DNA of 64,000 nucleotides from Candidatus Magasanikiibacteriota bacterium (lineage in GTDB: Bacteria; Patescibacteriota; Patescibacteriia; Magasanikbacterales; UBA922), in assembly GCA_042218065.1 (NCBI GenBank), contig JBDGRL010000012.1:4244-68243 (forward strand), read 5' to 3'. Within the stretch, counting starts at the first letter, position 1, and the number at the start of each line of letters is the position of its first letter. Under the pieces are notes generated by a model that saw nothing but the letters and a program-made list of their open reading frames with translations, ran no database searches and was not told the origin of the DNA. A program made the translations under genes and the position numbers. Shown here one piece after another: positions 35,973-44,860 of this stretch.

Positions 35973-38281
35973 AATTTTTTATGAAGAATATTTTACAAAT
36001 ACCTAAAACTAAGTTAAATTTTGTTATTTTATCTGCCTTGATTACTTTGTCTGTTTTGTCTTTTTTACAGATCAGTTTTTTGCAAGAAATGTGGTTTGGA
36101 TTGATTATAGTAATAATATTAACTGTAGGTTTAGGTAAACTTTGGCATGATATTTTATCTAAAGTTTTTCGTATCAAAAGAGGAAAATACACTACTTACA
36201 TTTTAGGTGGACTTGCGGGTATTATTTTTTGGGGTTTTATATTATCTTTTTTTGTTATTACTTATAAGTTGGCAGATTGGGTAGTTCCAATTAGTATACT
36301 AATAGTCTCTGTTGCTACTTATTATTTGAATAAATATTCTGTTCAAAACAAAGTTCGTCTAAAACCCGGGCATTCTGATATTCATATTAGAAATTTTCTA
36401 TTTTTTACCAACCACAATATCTTATTAGCTTTGTACTTCATGTTTTGGGTGTTGTCTGCTTATTTACTTTTTAACTCAAAAAGTACTGCTTCTTTAATGT
36501 CGCCTTGGATGAATATAGAAAGTGGTTTTGTTTATTCTTTTTTAATTTCAACATTAATACTTGCAGCGATACTTTTATCTAAGCATAAAACAAAGACTAT
36601 CTTATTTGTGATTCTTGCTCACTCCTTACTTTTACATTCATACCTTCCATTATCTCACGTACAACCTTGGGGTGGTGATGTATGGAGACATATAAGCTAT
36701 GAAAAGATATTAATTCAAGAAGAGCCTATTAGACCGATTTTATTTGATTCAAGTTTTAATGTAGTAAATATAGGATTTTTAGAGATACCTCAGCTCTTTA
36801 CTCACTTTCAAAAACTTTCATATTCATTTTTATGGGGTTTAATTTCTACTTTAGCACAATTACTTCAAGCTCCACTTACTGTATTACATAAGTGGCTGGT
36901 ACCTCTGTTGTGGTCTGTGACAGTACCTATAATTTTTTTTCAGATTGGTATAGTTTTATTTAAATCACCTCAGAAATCTCTCTGGTTTTCCTTGCTTAGT
37001 CTTGTACCCTTTAGTTTACAAGCCTTGGGTTCTATAACCTCTCCTGTGTCCTTTGGATATTTAATTTTCTTTTTTAGTGTACTGCTGGGGCTGTTATATT
37101 TACAAGATAGATTTAAGTGGCAGAGAAGAATATTTTTCGGTTTAGCAGTGTTGATGTTTTTTGGTTATTTATTACATAGTTTATTGATATGGCTATTGGT
37201 AGTACTTTTGTTTTTGTGGTTCAGTTTTGACGATATAAAGAATAAAATAATTAGAGTCATCTCTAAAACTTCTACTGTTGTAGTTGCAGTAATTTCTATC
37301 CCTACAATAGAGGTAGTGTACGGAGTAAGTAACTTTGATAATTTTAAACCTTTTTATAGCTTTTTAGACTTTATTAAGTTAATAAGCGGTTGGAAGTATA
37401 CAAAAATTATACAAGCTAATAATTCTTTGATAGGTAACATTTTAATAAATCACACCCCAAACTACGCCTTTAAATCCACTTTAATCACTGATTACAGGTA
37501 TCATGTTTTTATTTTTTCTTCCTTAGTATTAATTGCAGCTATTGTAGGTCTAAGAAATATAATCAAAAACAACAAATCTACCTGGAAAGCAATAGGTTTT
37601 TTATTTTTGGTTAGTTTTTCTGGGTATTTCTTTAGTTGGTACTTTTTGAGTGGTGATCATTTATTAGCTAGAAGACTTAATGGGATGATAGCATTTAGTT
37701 TGCTACTTATTTCTTTGCTTGGAGTATGGAGAGTTATTACATACTTTAGTAAGAATTTATCAAAAAACTCTATTAAGTTAATTTTAGCAGGTATTTTGGC
37801 TTTAACCTCTTTGTTTGCCGCGACCTCTTATATGTCCGGTCCCGATATGCGTGTATTAGCACAGAGTGAGGATGAAAGTGCTGGTTATGTTTGGAGTAAT
37901 ATTTCTGAAAGAAATCTAGATTCAAAGAATCATTGCATTTTGGCAAATACTTGGATCTTATTAAGATTGAGGGCATATTCATCCAACAAGATAATAGGTG
38001 GCGGTTACCCAATCGGAAAACAATTTGCTCAACCCGAACGTATAAAATTACTTAATGAGATAAAAAATAAACCAAGTAGAGACATATTACAGAAATCTCA
38101 TGATATTACTGACTCAGATTTTTGTTGGATAATTTTACCGATAGAGAACTTTTCAGATAAAAAAATAAATGATATAAATCGCATTACGGGTAGTAAACCG
38201 AAATATATGAGAGAGTTTGCAATATGGAAAGAGCAAAAAGAGTTGAAAAAAAGTAGTAAAATAGATAACATAAAAGAGTAA
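35969..38281 (+). CDS. Very large polytopic membrane protein (possible GT-C-type or polymerase-like)
   Basis: 770 aa with many TM segments and a soluble C-terminal domain. An ATGA overlap joins it to the upstream gene. Confidence 0.6.
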   Translation: MKFFMKNILQIPKTKLNFVILSALITLSVLSFLQISFLQEMWFGLIIVIILTVGLGKLWHDILSKVFRIKRGKYTTYILGGLAGIIFWGFILSFFVITYKLADWVVPISILIVSVATYYLNKYSVQNKVRLKPGHSDIHIRNFLFFTNHNILLALYFMFWVLSAYLLFNSKSTASLMSPWMNIESGFVYSFLISTLILAAILLSKHKTKTILFVILAHSLLLHSYLPLSHVQPWGGDVWRHISYEKILIQEEPIRPILFDSSFNVVNIGFLEIPQLFTHFQKLSYSFLWGLISTLAQLLQAPLTVLHKWLVPLLWSVTVPIIFFQIGIVLFKSPQKSLWFSLLSLVPFSLQALGSITSPVSFGYLIFFFSVLLGLLYLQDRFKWQRRIFFGLAVLMFFGYLLHSLLIWLLVVLLFLWFSFDDIKNKIIRVISKTSTVVVAVISIPTIEVVYGVSNFDNFKPFYSFLDFIKLISGWKYTKIIQANNSLIGNILINHTPNYAFKSTLITDYRYHVFIFSSLVLIAAIVGLRNIIKNNKSTWKAIGFLFLVSFSGYFFSWYFLSGDHLLARRLNGMIAFSLLLISLLGVWRVITYFSKNLSKNSIKLILAGILALTSLFAATSYMSGPDMRVLAQSEDESAGYVWSNISERNLDSKNHCILANTWILLRLRAYSSNKIIGGGYPIGKQFAQPERIKLLNEIKNKPSRDILQKSHDITDSDFCWIILPIENFSDKKINDINRITGSKPKYMREFAIWKEQKELKKSSKIDNIKE

Positions 38282-38296
38282 AATTAATAAAATAAC

Positions 38297-38701
38297 ATGC
38301 AAGAATGTGATTTTTGTAAAATTGTAGATGGAGAAATCCCTAACCATACAGTGTATGAAGATAACCACTCGCTAGCATTTTTGGATATAAACCCTCAGGC
38401 AAAAGGTCATACGATAGTGATTCCCAAAGTGCATGCAGAAACTTATTTTGATTTGAATGAAGAGCTTGTAAAAGAACTATTTAAGGCAGTGCAAAGAGCT
38501 ATGGAGAATATAGATTCTAAGATTAACCCAGACGGGTACAATGTAGGCTGGAACCAAGGAAAAGCTGGTGGCCAGGTTGTACCGCACCTGCATGTGCACA
38601 TTATGCCCCGATGGGAAGACGACGGCGGAGGCAATATGCACTCTATAGTAGACAGCCCAGGTGATATGAAAGTGGAGGAGGTAGCTGAATTGTTTAATTA
38701 A
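38297..38701 (+). CDS. HIT-family nucleotide hydrolase/transferase
   Basis: 134 aa. It has CDFCKIV...GHTIVIPKVH and the histidine triad HLHVHIMP. Confidence 0.92.
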   Translation: MQECDFCKIVDGEIPNHTVYEDNHSLAFLDINPQAKGHTIVIPKVHAETYFDLNEELVKELFKAVQRAMENIDSKINPDGYNVGWNQGKAGGQVVPHLHVHIMPRWEDDGGGNMHSIVDSPGDMKVEEVAELFN

Positions 38702-38709
38702 TAAATGGT

Positions 38710-39309
38710 ATGGCGAATAGGCCCGAGAAGATATCAGAAGAAGAAATACACGAAAACCCCTGGTGGAGCTACAAGCACGATAAATATAAATTGCCAAGCG
38801 GAGAAGAGGGTGACTATTATTATGCTGATACAGAAGGTGGAGTAATGGTAGTGCCGGTACTCCCAGACGGGAAACTGGGACTGATTCGGCAGTACAGATA
38901 CCTTGCAGACAAAAAGGGGATAGAGTTCCCCGGAGGTCAAATACTGGAAAATAAGAGCCCTGAAGAGTCAGCCAGGGTTGAGCTGAGAGAAGAAACGGGG
39001 TTTATAGCTGATGGATTTACTCAGGTAGCTACATTTGAAGTAGCTCCCGGCTTTGCCAAAGACAAAGCACACTTATTTTTAGCTCAAGTTGAAGAGCAAA
39101 AACAGCAGCAACTAGACAGCTCTGAAAATATAGAGGTTTTATCGAGGAGAGTAGATGAATTTCAGGAAATGATTACACGTGGGGATATTTTCCACGGTAT
39201 GACTCTCGCCGCTTGGAGCTTGGTGTCTCCATATTTTGAACGTCTACATGAAGAACCGAGAGAAAAATCGCCAAAAGTAAAGCAGATTCTAGATAAAATA
39301 TTTCGTTAA
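38710..39309 (+). CDS. NUDIX hydrolase
   Basis: 199 aa. The Nudix box reads GGQILENKSPEESARVELREETGF. Confidence 0.9.
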   Translation: MANRPEKISEEEIHENPWWSYKHDKYKLPSGEEGDYYYADTEGGVMVVPVLPDGKLGLIRQYRYLADKKGIEFPGGQILENKSPEESARVELREETGFIADGFTQVATFEVAPGFAKDKAHLFLAQVEEQKQQQLDSSENIEVLSRRVDEFQEMITRGDIFHGMTLAAWSLVSPYFERLHEEPREKSPKVKQILDKIFR

Positions 39310-39866
39310 TGACAGCTAAATTTAATAAAAAGTCTGAAGAGGTCGTAGCTAAAAATCCTTATTGGGTTTATAAGCATGATAAATATGAGCTACCTAATGG
39401 AGAGGATAGTGACTATTATTATGCCGATATTAATGATTTTGTAATGATTGTGCCTGTCTTAGATAGTGAAACCTTAGTTGCTATTAAAGAGTTTAGGTAT
39501 TTACTTCAGGATTATAGCATAGAACTGCCGGGTGGTTATTGTGAGGATGACAAAACTATAAAAGATTCAGCTAAGAGCGAGCTTAAAGAAGAAACAGGAT
39601 ATGGTGTAGATAAGTTGGAGAAAGTTGGTAGTTTCGGGTCTTCGCCGGGGGTTATGAAAAACACCACCCATGTTTTTTGGGCTTCTGTATCAAAAAAAGA
39701 TAAACAAAAACTTGATGAGTCTGAGGAGATAGAAGTGCTTGAGATGTCAATAAAAAAATTTCAAAGGTTAATAAAAGAGGATAAGGTCAAACATGGAGAA
39801 ACATTGGGGGCATGGACACTAGTTTCTGCAAAAATACAAAGGGAAGTTGATAGTTTTAATATATAA
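39309..39866 (+). CDS. NUDIX hydrolase (tandem paralog)
   Basis: 185 aa. The Nudix box reads GGYCEDDKTIKDSAKSELKEETGY. It shares the N-terminal block NP(W/Y)W.YKHDKY.LP.GE..DYYYAD with the upstream gene. Confidence 0.9.
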   Translation: MTAKFNKKSEEVVAKNPYWVYKHDKYELPNGEDSDYYYADINDFVMIVPVLDSETLVAIKEFRYLLQDYSIELPGGYCEDDKTIKDSAKSELKEETGYGVDKLEKVGSFGSSPGVMKNTTHVFWASVSKKDKQKLDESEEIEVLEMSIKKFQRLIKEDKVKHGETLGAWTLVSAKIQREVDSFNI

Positions 39867-39868
39867 AC

Positions 39869-40879
39869 ATGAATTTACTAGTAACTGGAGGTGCTGGTTT
39901 TATCGGTAGTAACTTCATCCATTATTGGCTGGATGAAAACCCTGAGGATGAGGTTGTAAACCTTGATCTTCTTACTTATGCCGGTAATTTAGAGAATTTA
40001 AAAGATGTGGAGAACAACCCAAACTACTCTTTTATTAAGGGTGATATAACTAACAAAGAGTTAGTGGAGGATGTCATCAGAGAGCATGAAATCGACACTA
40101 TCGTACATTTTGCAGCTGAAAGTCATGTAGACCGATCCATAATGAATTGTGAGGATTTTGTGCACACAAATGTAGTTGGCACTTACTCTTTGTTAGAGCA
40201 AGCTAGAGATTTTAACCTAAATTTTCATCATGTCTCTACTGATGAGGTCTTTGGAGAGCTGGATCCGGAAGACCCGCCTTTTGATGAAAATACCGACTAT
40301 GACCCGCAAAGCCCGTATGCGGCCTCAAAAGCAGGGTCTGATCATCTGGTTCGTTCTTATCATAATACTTACGATTTAGAGGTGACTATCTCCAACTGTT
40401 CTAATAACTATGGACCATACCAATTTCCGGAAAAAATTATTCCTTTGTTTATTTCGAATCTAATGACTGATGAAAAGGTTCCGGTCTATGGTGATGGAAA
40501 ACAGCGTAGAGACTGGATACATGTAGATGATCACAGCCGAGGAGTTGAAAAGATTATAAAAGATGGGGAGTCGGGAGAAACATATTGTTTGGGAGGTGAC
40601 AGTGAAATGACAAACTTAGAGCTTACTAAAACTTTGCTGGAGTTGATGGACAAGGATGAGTCATATATAAAACACGTAAAAGACAGGCCCGGCCACGATA
40701 GAAGGTATGCTATAGATTTCTCTAAGGCTAAAGAGAAGCTCGGTTGGGAGCCACAAATTGAGTTTAGACAAGGACTTAAAAATACCATTGAGTGGTACGA
40801 ACAAAACCAGGAGTGGGTGAAAAGATGTAAAAGCGGCGAGTACAGAGATTACTATAAGCAGCAATATAAAAAAAGATAA
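39869..40879 (+). CDS. rfbB: dTDP-glucose 4,6-dehydratase
   Basis: 336 aa. Motifs are VTGGAGFIGSNF, HFAAESHVDRS, YAASKAGSD and the RmlB-typical C-terminus. Confidence 0.93.
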   Translation: MNLLVTGGAGFIGSNFIHYWLDENPEDEVVNLDLLTYAGNLENLKDVENNPNYSFIKGDITNKELVEDVIREHEIDTIVHFAAESHVDRSIMNCEDFVHTNVVGTYSLLEQARDFNLNFHHVSTDEVFGELDPEDPPFDENTDYDPQSPYAASKAGSDHLVRSYHNTYDLEVTISNCSNNYGPYQFPEKIIPLFISNLMTDEKVPVYGDGKQRRDWIHVDDHSRGVEKIIKDGESGETYCLGGDSEMTNLELTKTLLELMDKDESYIKHVKDRPGHDRRYAIDFSKAKEKLGWEPQIEFRQGLKNTIEWYEQNQEWVKRCKSGEYRDYYKQQYKKR

Positions 40880-40888
40880 TTAAATTTT

Positions 40889-41740
40889 ATGAAAATATTA
40901 ATTATCGGTGATGGCTTCATTGGGAACAGATGTGCAAATTCCTGGGAAGATGAAGCTGTAATTTCAGACAAAAGGATAAACTCTACTGAAGATATAGTTT
41001 CTGAGATTGAAAAATACAAACCTGATGCCGTACTCAATGCGGCTGGGCGTACAGGAAGACCAAATGTAGACTGGTGCGAAGATAATCAGCTGGAAACTAT
41101 TGTAGGAAATACAAAGCTTCCGATAATACTAGCAGAAGGGTGTCATGAAACTGATACTTATTTGCTTCATGTTGGGTCCGGTTGTATCTTCTATGGTGAG
41201 TCACATCATGAGGACGGAAAGTGGAGAGAAGATGATCACGGCAACCCTGAACCAGTATATTCACGTACAAAGTGGGCTGCCGATCTTACTCTTTCAACTC
41301 TGGAAAATGTAGGTATTGCTCGGATCAGGATGCCGATTGATCATGTTCCCAGCCCCAGAAATCTGATTGATAAGCTAATAAATTATGAGAAGGTAATAGA
41401 TGTAGAAAACAGTGTTACTATCGTAGAAGATATGATAGACGTTTTTTATCAACTATTAGAGCAAAAAGGAGAAGAGATTTATCATGTAACCAATCCCGGC
41501 ACTTTAAAGCACAGGGATATCATAAGCCACTATAAGGAATATGTAGACCCCGACCATGATAATGAGTGGATTACCGAAGAGGAGTTAGTTGAACTGGGAT
41601 TAGCCGATAAAGAGAGATCAAACAATTTTCTTCACTCTAGTAACTTAGAAGATTTGGGGATAGAAATGAGGCACATTCAAGATGCTATCGAAGATACGAT
41701 GAAAAAATATGCAGAATTAAAGAAGATAAATAATGACTAA
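40889..41740 (+). CDS. NRS/ER-like NDP-4-keto-6-deoxyglucose 3,5-epimerase/4-reductase (SDR fold)
   Basis: 283 aa. The blocks GRTGRPNVDWCEDNQLETI, RIRMPI...PRNLIDKLINYEKVIDVENSVTIVEDM and HVTNPGTLKHRDIISHYKEYVDP match, from memory, the plant NRS/ER and RHM C-terminal domain blocks. Confidence 0.7.
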   Translation: MKILIIGDGFIGNRCANSWEDEAVISDKRINSTEDIVSEIEKYKPDAVLNAAGRTGRPNVDWCEDNQLETIVGNTKLPIILAEGCHETDTYLLHVGSGCIFYGESHHEDGKWREDDHGNPEPVYSRTKWAADLTLSTLENVGIARIRMPIDHVPSPRNLIDKLINYEKVIDVENSVTIVEDMIDVFYQLLEQKGEEIYHVTNPGTLKHRDIISHYKEYVDPDHDNEWITEEELVELGLADKERSNNFLHSSNLEDLGIEMRHIQDAIEDTMKKYAELKKINND

Positions 41741-42476
41741 TACACATCAACCTAAAAGTTACGATGAATTCGATAAACGCGAATGGTGGAATGAAGCTGA
41801 AAAAGAAATATTTAAAAAAGTTACCGCCGAAAAATTACCGGAATCTGTTCCAGATGCTGTAGTCTGGATCGAAGGGGATGCAAGGGATAGAGTAGATAAG
41901 ACTATGGAAGTATTGGAATATTATAACCATAAACCAAAGCTAATTTTATCCGGTGGGCTAGAAGGAAACCCATATCGACCAGACTCTGATTTGCGACCCG
42001 ACGGTGGAAATATCCCTTCCTGGGAGATAAAAGAAGAATTCCTCGAGCGAGGAGTAGATAAGGAAAATATAATTTTAGAAGATGAATCTCGCAACGGTTT
42101 AGAGCAAGCAATCAATGATGTCGAGATTGCAAAGAAACGAGACTATGACAGCTTAGTCTTGGTTGCTTCAACTTGGCATCAGCCGAGGTTATTTTTGACT
42201 TTTGTCAATCAGCTACATGAACAAGATGCTTTGGATATTGAGCTGATTAACCAACCGGAGACCAGCTATCCACTAGATAGAAAAATTCCTGGCCGAGGAA
42301 AAGATACATTGGAGATGCTACAAGAGGATCTCTGGAAAATAACTGAATACAATGAAAATGGAACTGTTGCTAAAGCTGAAGTTGAGCTGGAGTATTTGGA
42401 AAGGTTTGAGAAAGAGTATGAAGAAGTCAGTGAAAAGATTGAAGAAATTGTCGAAGAAATTGAGTTAAAAAAGTAG
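41733..42476 (+). CDS. YdcF/DUF218-family protein
   Basis: 247 aa. The regions PKLILSGGLEG...EDESRNGLEQA...LVLVASTWHQPRLFLTF match the DUF218 pattern. The C-terminal tail is acidic. Confidence 0.65.
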   Translation: MTNTHQPKSYDEFDKREWWNEAEKEIFKKVTAEKLPESVPDAVVWIEGDARDRVDKTMEVLEYYNHKPKLILSGGLEGNPYRPDSDLRPDGGNIPSWEIKEEFLERGVDKENIILEDESRNGLEQAINDVEIAKKRDYDSLVLVASTWHQPRLFLTFVNQLHEQDALDIELINQPETSYPLDRKIPGRGKDTLEMLQEDLWKITEYNENGTVAKAEVELEYLERFEKEYEEVSEKIEEIVEEIELKK

Positions 42477-42477
42477 T

Positions 42478-44010
42478 ATGTCACCCCCAAACCGAGGAGA
42501 TAATAATAGAGATCCTGGAAAATTAGGCGATGAAAATTCTGTAAATAACCCAGAACAAGAACCTGGAGAAGAGTTTTTAGACCCTAATCAAAAACCTGAA
42601 AGATATTATGGTGAGCCTGGTAGTTTGTCTGAAAAGTTAGAGTTAATAGATAAAGTTATTCTAAGAAGAGATGCTGATTTGTTAGTTGAGGAAGACTTAA
42701 TGACTGATGATCAATTGATGGAGTATTTAGTATTGGTTGAGGGTGAGCAGTCAGAGCAGATAGTTCGTATGATTAGAAGTTTTAACGTTTTAGTTGAAGA
42801 CTTTACTTCGCAAGATGAAGATCCTTTTTCAGTTGAGGGAATTAGAAAAATAGCTAATAGAACTGGCTTGGATCGTCCTAGTTTTTTTACCAAGATAGCC
42901 AAAGCATATTTTCACATGGGCCAATTTGATCCCTCTTTTTTTCTTACAAGTGAAAGATTGACAAAAGCGGTACTTGATCTAAAAGAGGGAGAAATTTCTC
43001 CGATAGAAAAAGCTGATGCGGTTGAAACCTTAGGTTCTATTCAGGATAAATTTGGAGATCAAGCCAGTGCTTATAAACTAAAAGAAAGCGGATTACAAGT
43101 TTTAAATCATTCAGATATGCAAGATGTAAATCAAGCATGGTTAAAAGCAAAGTGTCTCCACGGAATGGCTGACTATCAAATAGATGATGAGAGAGTTCCT
43201 AATGAAAAGATAGAAGATAGATTTGAAGAGGTAGAACAGATCCTCCGTGATATTCAAGATGAAGCTCATGTAGCTAGAACAAAACTAGATATAGCAAAGT
43301 TTCATATTCAAAATGAGGATTATAAAAAAGCTCACCAATATGCAAGCCAGGCTTATGAAGAATTACACGAAACTGGTTATATTAGGAAATTGCCGGACGC
43401 AGCTGAGATTATGAGGGATAGTCAAGAACAACTTAGTTCGGATGCACAAATTGTAAGAAGAATAGAACAAATCCAAACGCAAGACAGAGAAGCAATACAA
43501 CCTAAAAGAGAAGATTTAGTTGAACTTAAAGAAACAGAAGAAAAGTTAAAACCAGCTAGAGTTTTATTAAAACTCCCAAGCTCTTCTGGAGAAACTGTGT
43601 ATTTTGTTAAAAAAGATTCTGATGGAAGTTATGAGCTGCCAGAAATTGAAGGTTTGGAGAGTGGGGAGGGTTTTTCTAAGTTTGAAATGTTAAAAAATTT
43701 AGAAAGAATGCTAGCAGAGAATTTATCTGAGTCAGAAGATGCAGAATTAGAAAAAATTACATCTAATCATCCAGTCATTCCTACAGGTGAGGAAAAAAGA
43801 AGTGAAGATCGAGAGGTGCAATTATATAAAATAGATCTAACATCAGGACCACAAGATAAAATACCAGAGGTGAAACCTGGTGAGCTTGAAAAAAAAGAAA
43901 AATTTTGCTATGTTGCTATGAAATATGAAGAATTAAAGAGTAATCAAGAAAATTTTGATTCTGAATCGCAAAAATTGATTGAAGGAGAAATTGAATATCA
44001 AGGAGAGTAA
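42478..44010 (+). CDS. Hypothetical acidic protein
   Basis: 510 aa with host-like AT-rich codon usage. I recognise no motif. Confidence 0.7.
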   Translation: MSPPNRGDNNRDPGKLGDENSVNNPEQEPGEEFLDPNQKPERYYGEPGSLSEKLELIDKVILRRDADLLVEEDLMTDDQLMEYLVLVEGEQSEQIVRMIRSFNVLVEDFTSQDEDPFSVEGIRKIANRTGLDRPSFFTKIAKAYFHMGQFDPSFFLTSERLTKAVLDLKEGEISPIEKADAVETLGSIQDKFGDQASAYKLKESGLQVLNHSDMQDVNQAWLKAKCLHGMADYQIDDERVPNEKIEDRFEEVEQILRDIQDEAHVARTKLDIAKFHIQNEDYKKAHQYASQAYEELHETGYIRKLPDAAEIMRDSQEQLSSDAQIVRRIEQIQTQDREAIQPKREDLVELKETEEKLKPARVLLKLPSSSGETVYFVKKDSDGSYELPEIEGLESGEGFSKFEMLKNLERMLAENLSESEDAELEKITSNHPVIPTGEEKRSEDREVQLYKIDLTSGPQDKIPEVKPGELEKKEKFCYVAMKYEELKSNQENFDSESQKLIEGEIEYQGE

Positions 44011-44037
44011 AAATATTACGACTAAATCGAAACAACT

Positions 44038-44084
44038 GCAGGCATAGCTAGCTGGATTTTTTTAATTTAGCTAGGTGTGCCTGC
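44038..44084. repeat. 19-bp imperfect inverted repeat at the AT-to-GC composition boundary
   Basis: GCAGGCATAGCTAGCTGGA (44038-44056) pairs with 44066-84 across a 9-nt T-rich loop. Of 19 positions, 14 are Watson-Crick pairs, 4 are G-U pairs and 1 is a mismatch. Confidence 0.7.
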
Positions 44085-44176
44085 CTCGCTGAGGAGGACA
44101 CCCGCCAAAACTTCCCGCTGGGAATAAGTGGCGTCGTTATAGTCCGTAAACCTTTCCGCGAATGCGGAGGTTTGTG

Positions 44177-44791
44177 ATGAGTAACGAGCAACGGAGAGTC
44201 GTCTCGCTGGACGAAGTCCGCGAGACGCTCGCCGACGAATTTGGGGAAAAGGTCTTGATTGACCTGATTCCACAGATCGACGAGTCCCAGTGGGTCCTCG
44301 ACCTCTGGGCCGAGCTCGATGGGGCACAACCTCATGATGAGTGGGTCGCTGGTCGTCGAGATCGGCGATTCTTCGATGTGGGGGTTCGTAACCCCTATCT
44401 CGATCCCCCTCAAGGAGCGCCATGGGGGCAACTCGAGATCAGGGAGGAGCCGACGATTCAGCCGGACCAGTCCGGCAACCGGATCGTCGGGTACGTCCTC
44501 ATCGAGTCGCTTCGGCTCGAATACGGATCGGCCGTGCGTGTCACGGCCAGCTCCGTCTCGAACGATGAGGCGGAGATCTGCGTCGACGACCAGCCGGCGA
44601 TCGAGTCGGAGGACGAGGTCCACGGGATGTTTCGCACAAACGGCCCCCGAATCAACGGGGACGTGTTGGTGATCGAACGCCCGGTCGAATCCGCTGAGGG
44701 CGATGGGTGGGGAACCCCCAATGCCCTCATCAAGCAGGCCGAAGATCAAAAAGTCGGTCAAGGTCTGCGTCAAGCGGGCCTCGTCGAGTAA
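44177..44791 (+). CDS. Hypothetical 204-aa acidic protein encoded in G+C-rich island 2
   Basis: GGAGG (44166-44170) lies 6 nt before the ATG at 44177 (MSNEQRRVVSLDEV...). In the first 40 codons, 30/40 third positions are G/C against 11/40 second positions (hand count), a coding signature for this frame. I recognise no family. Confidence 0.7.
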   Translation: MSNEQRRVVSLDEVRETLADEFGEKVLIDLIPQIDESQWVLDLWAELDGAQPHDEWVAGRRDRRFFDVGVRNPYLDPPQGAPWGQLEIREEPTIQPDQSGNRIVGYVLIESLRLEYGSAVRVTASSVSNDEAEICVDDQPAIESEDEVHGMFRTNGPRINGDVLVIERPVESAEGDGWGTPNALIKQAEDQKVGQGLRQAGLVE

Positions 44792-44803
44792 TTGAACACC
44801 AAC

Positions 44804-44857
44804 ACCCCGAGTCGCGAACCCACGGACTTCACGGCCCGTGCTGAAGCGGCTCGGGGT
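44804..44857 (+). ncRNA. G+C-rich 12-bp stem enclosing an inner hairpin, directly after the island-2 stop codon
   Basis: ACCCCGAGTCGC (44804-44815) pairs with GCGGCTCGGGGT (44846-44857), 11 Watson-Crick pairs plus 1 G-U. The inner hairpin is CACGG (44821-25) with CCGTG (44836-40). Confidence 0.5.
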
Positions 44858-44860
44858 TGA

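Noticed and set aside
44048-44773. Track ORFs 44048..44773(-), 44067..44423(-), 44458..44733(-) and 44319..44672(+) overlap the island-2 gene.
   Set aside because: Stop codons are rare in all frames of a high-GC3 coding region. Their translations are R/P/L/S-rich, which is typical of antisense or off-frame reading. They lack an SD, and only the 44177 plus frame shows the GC3 >> GC2 pattern.
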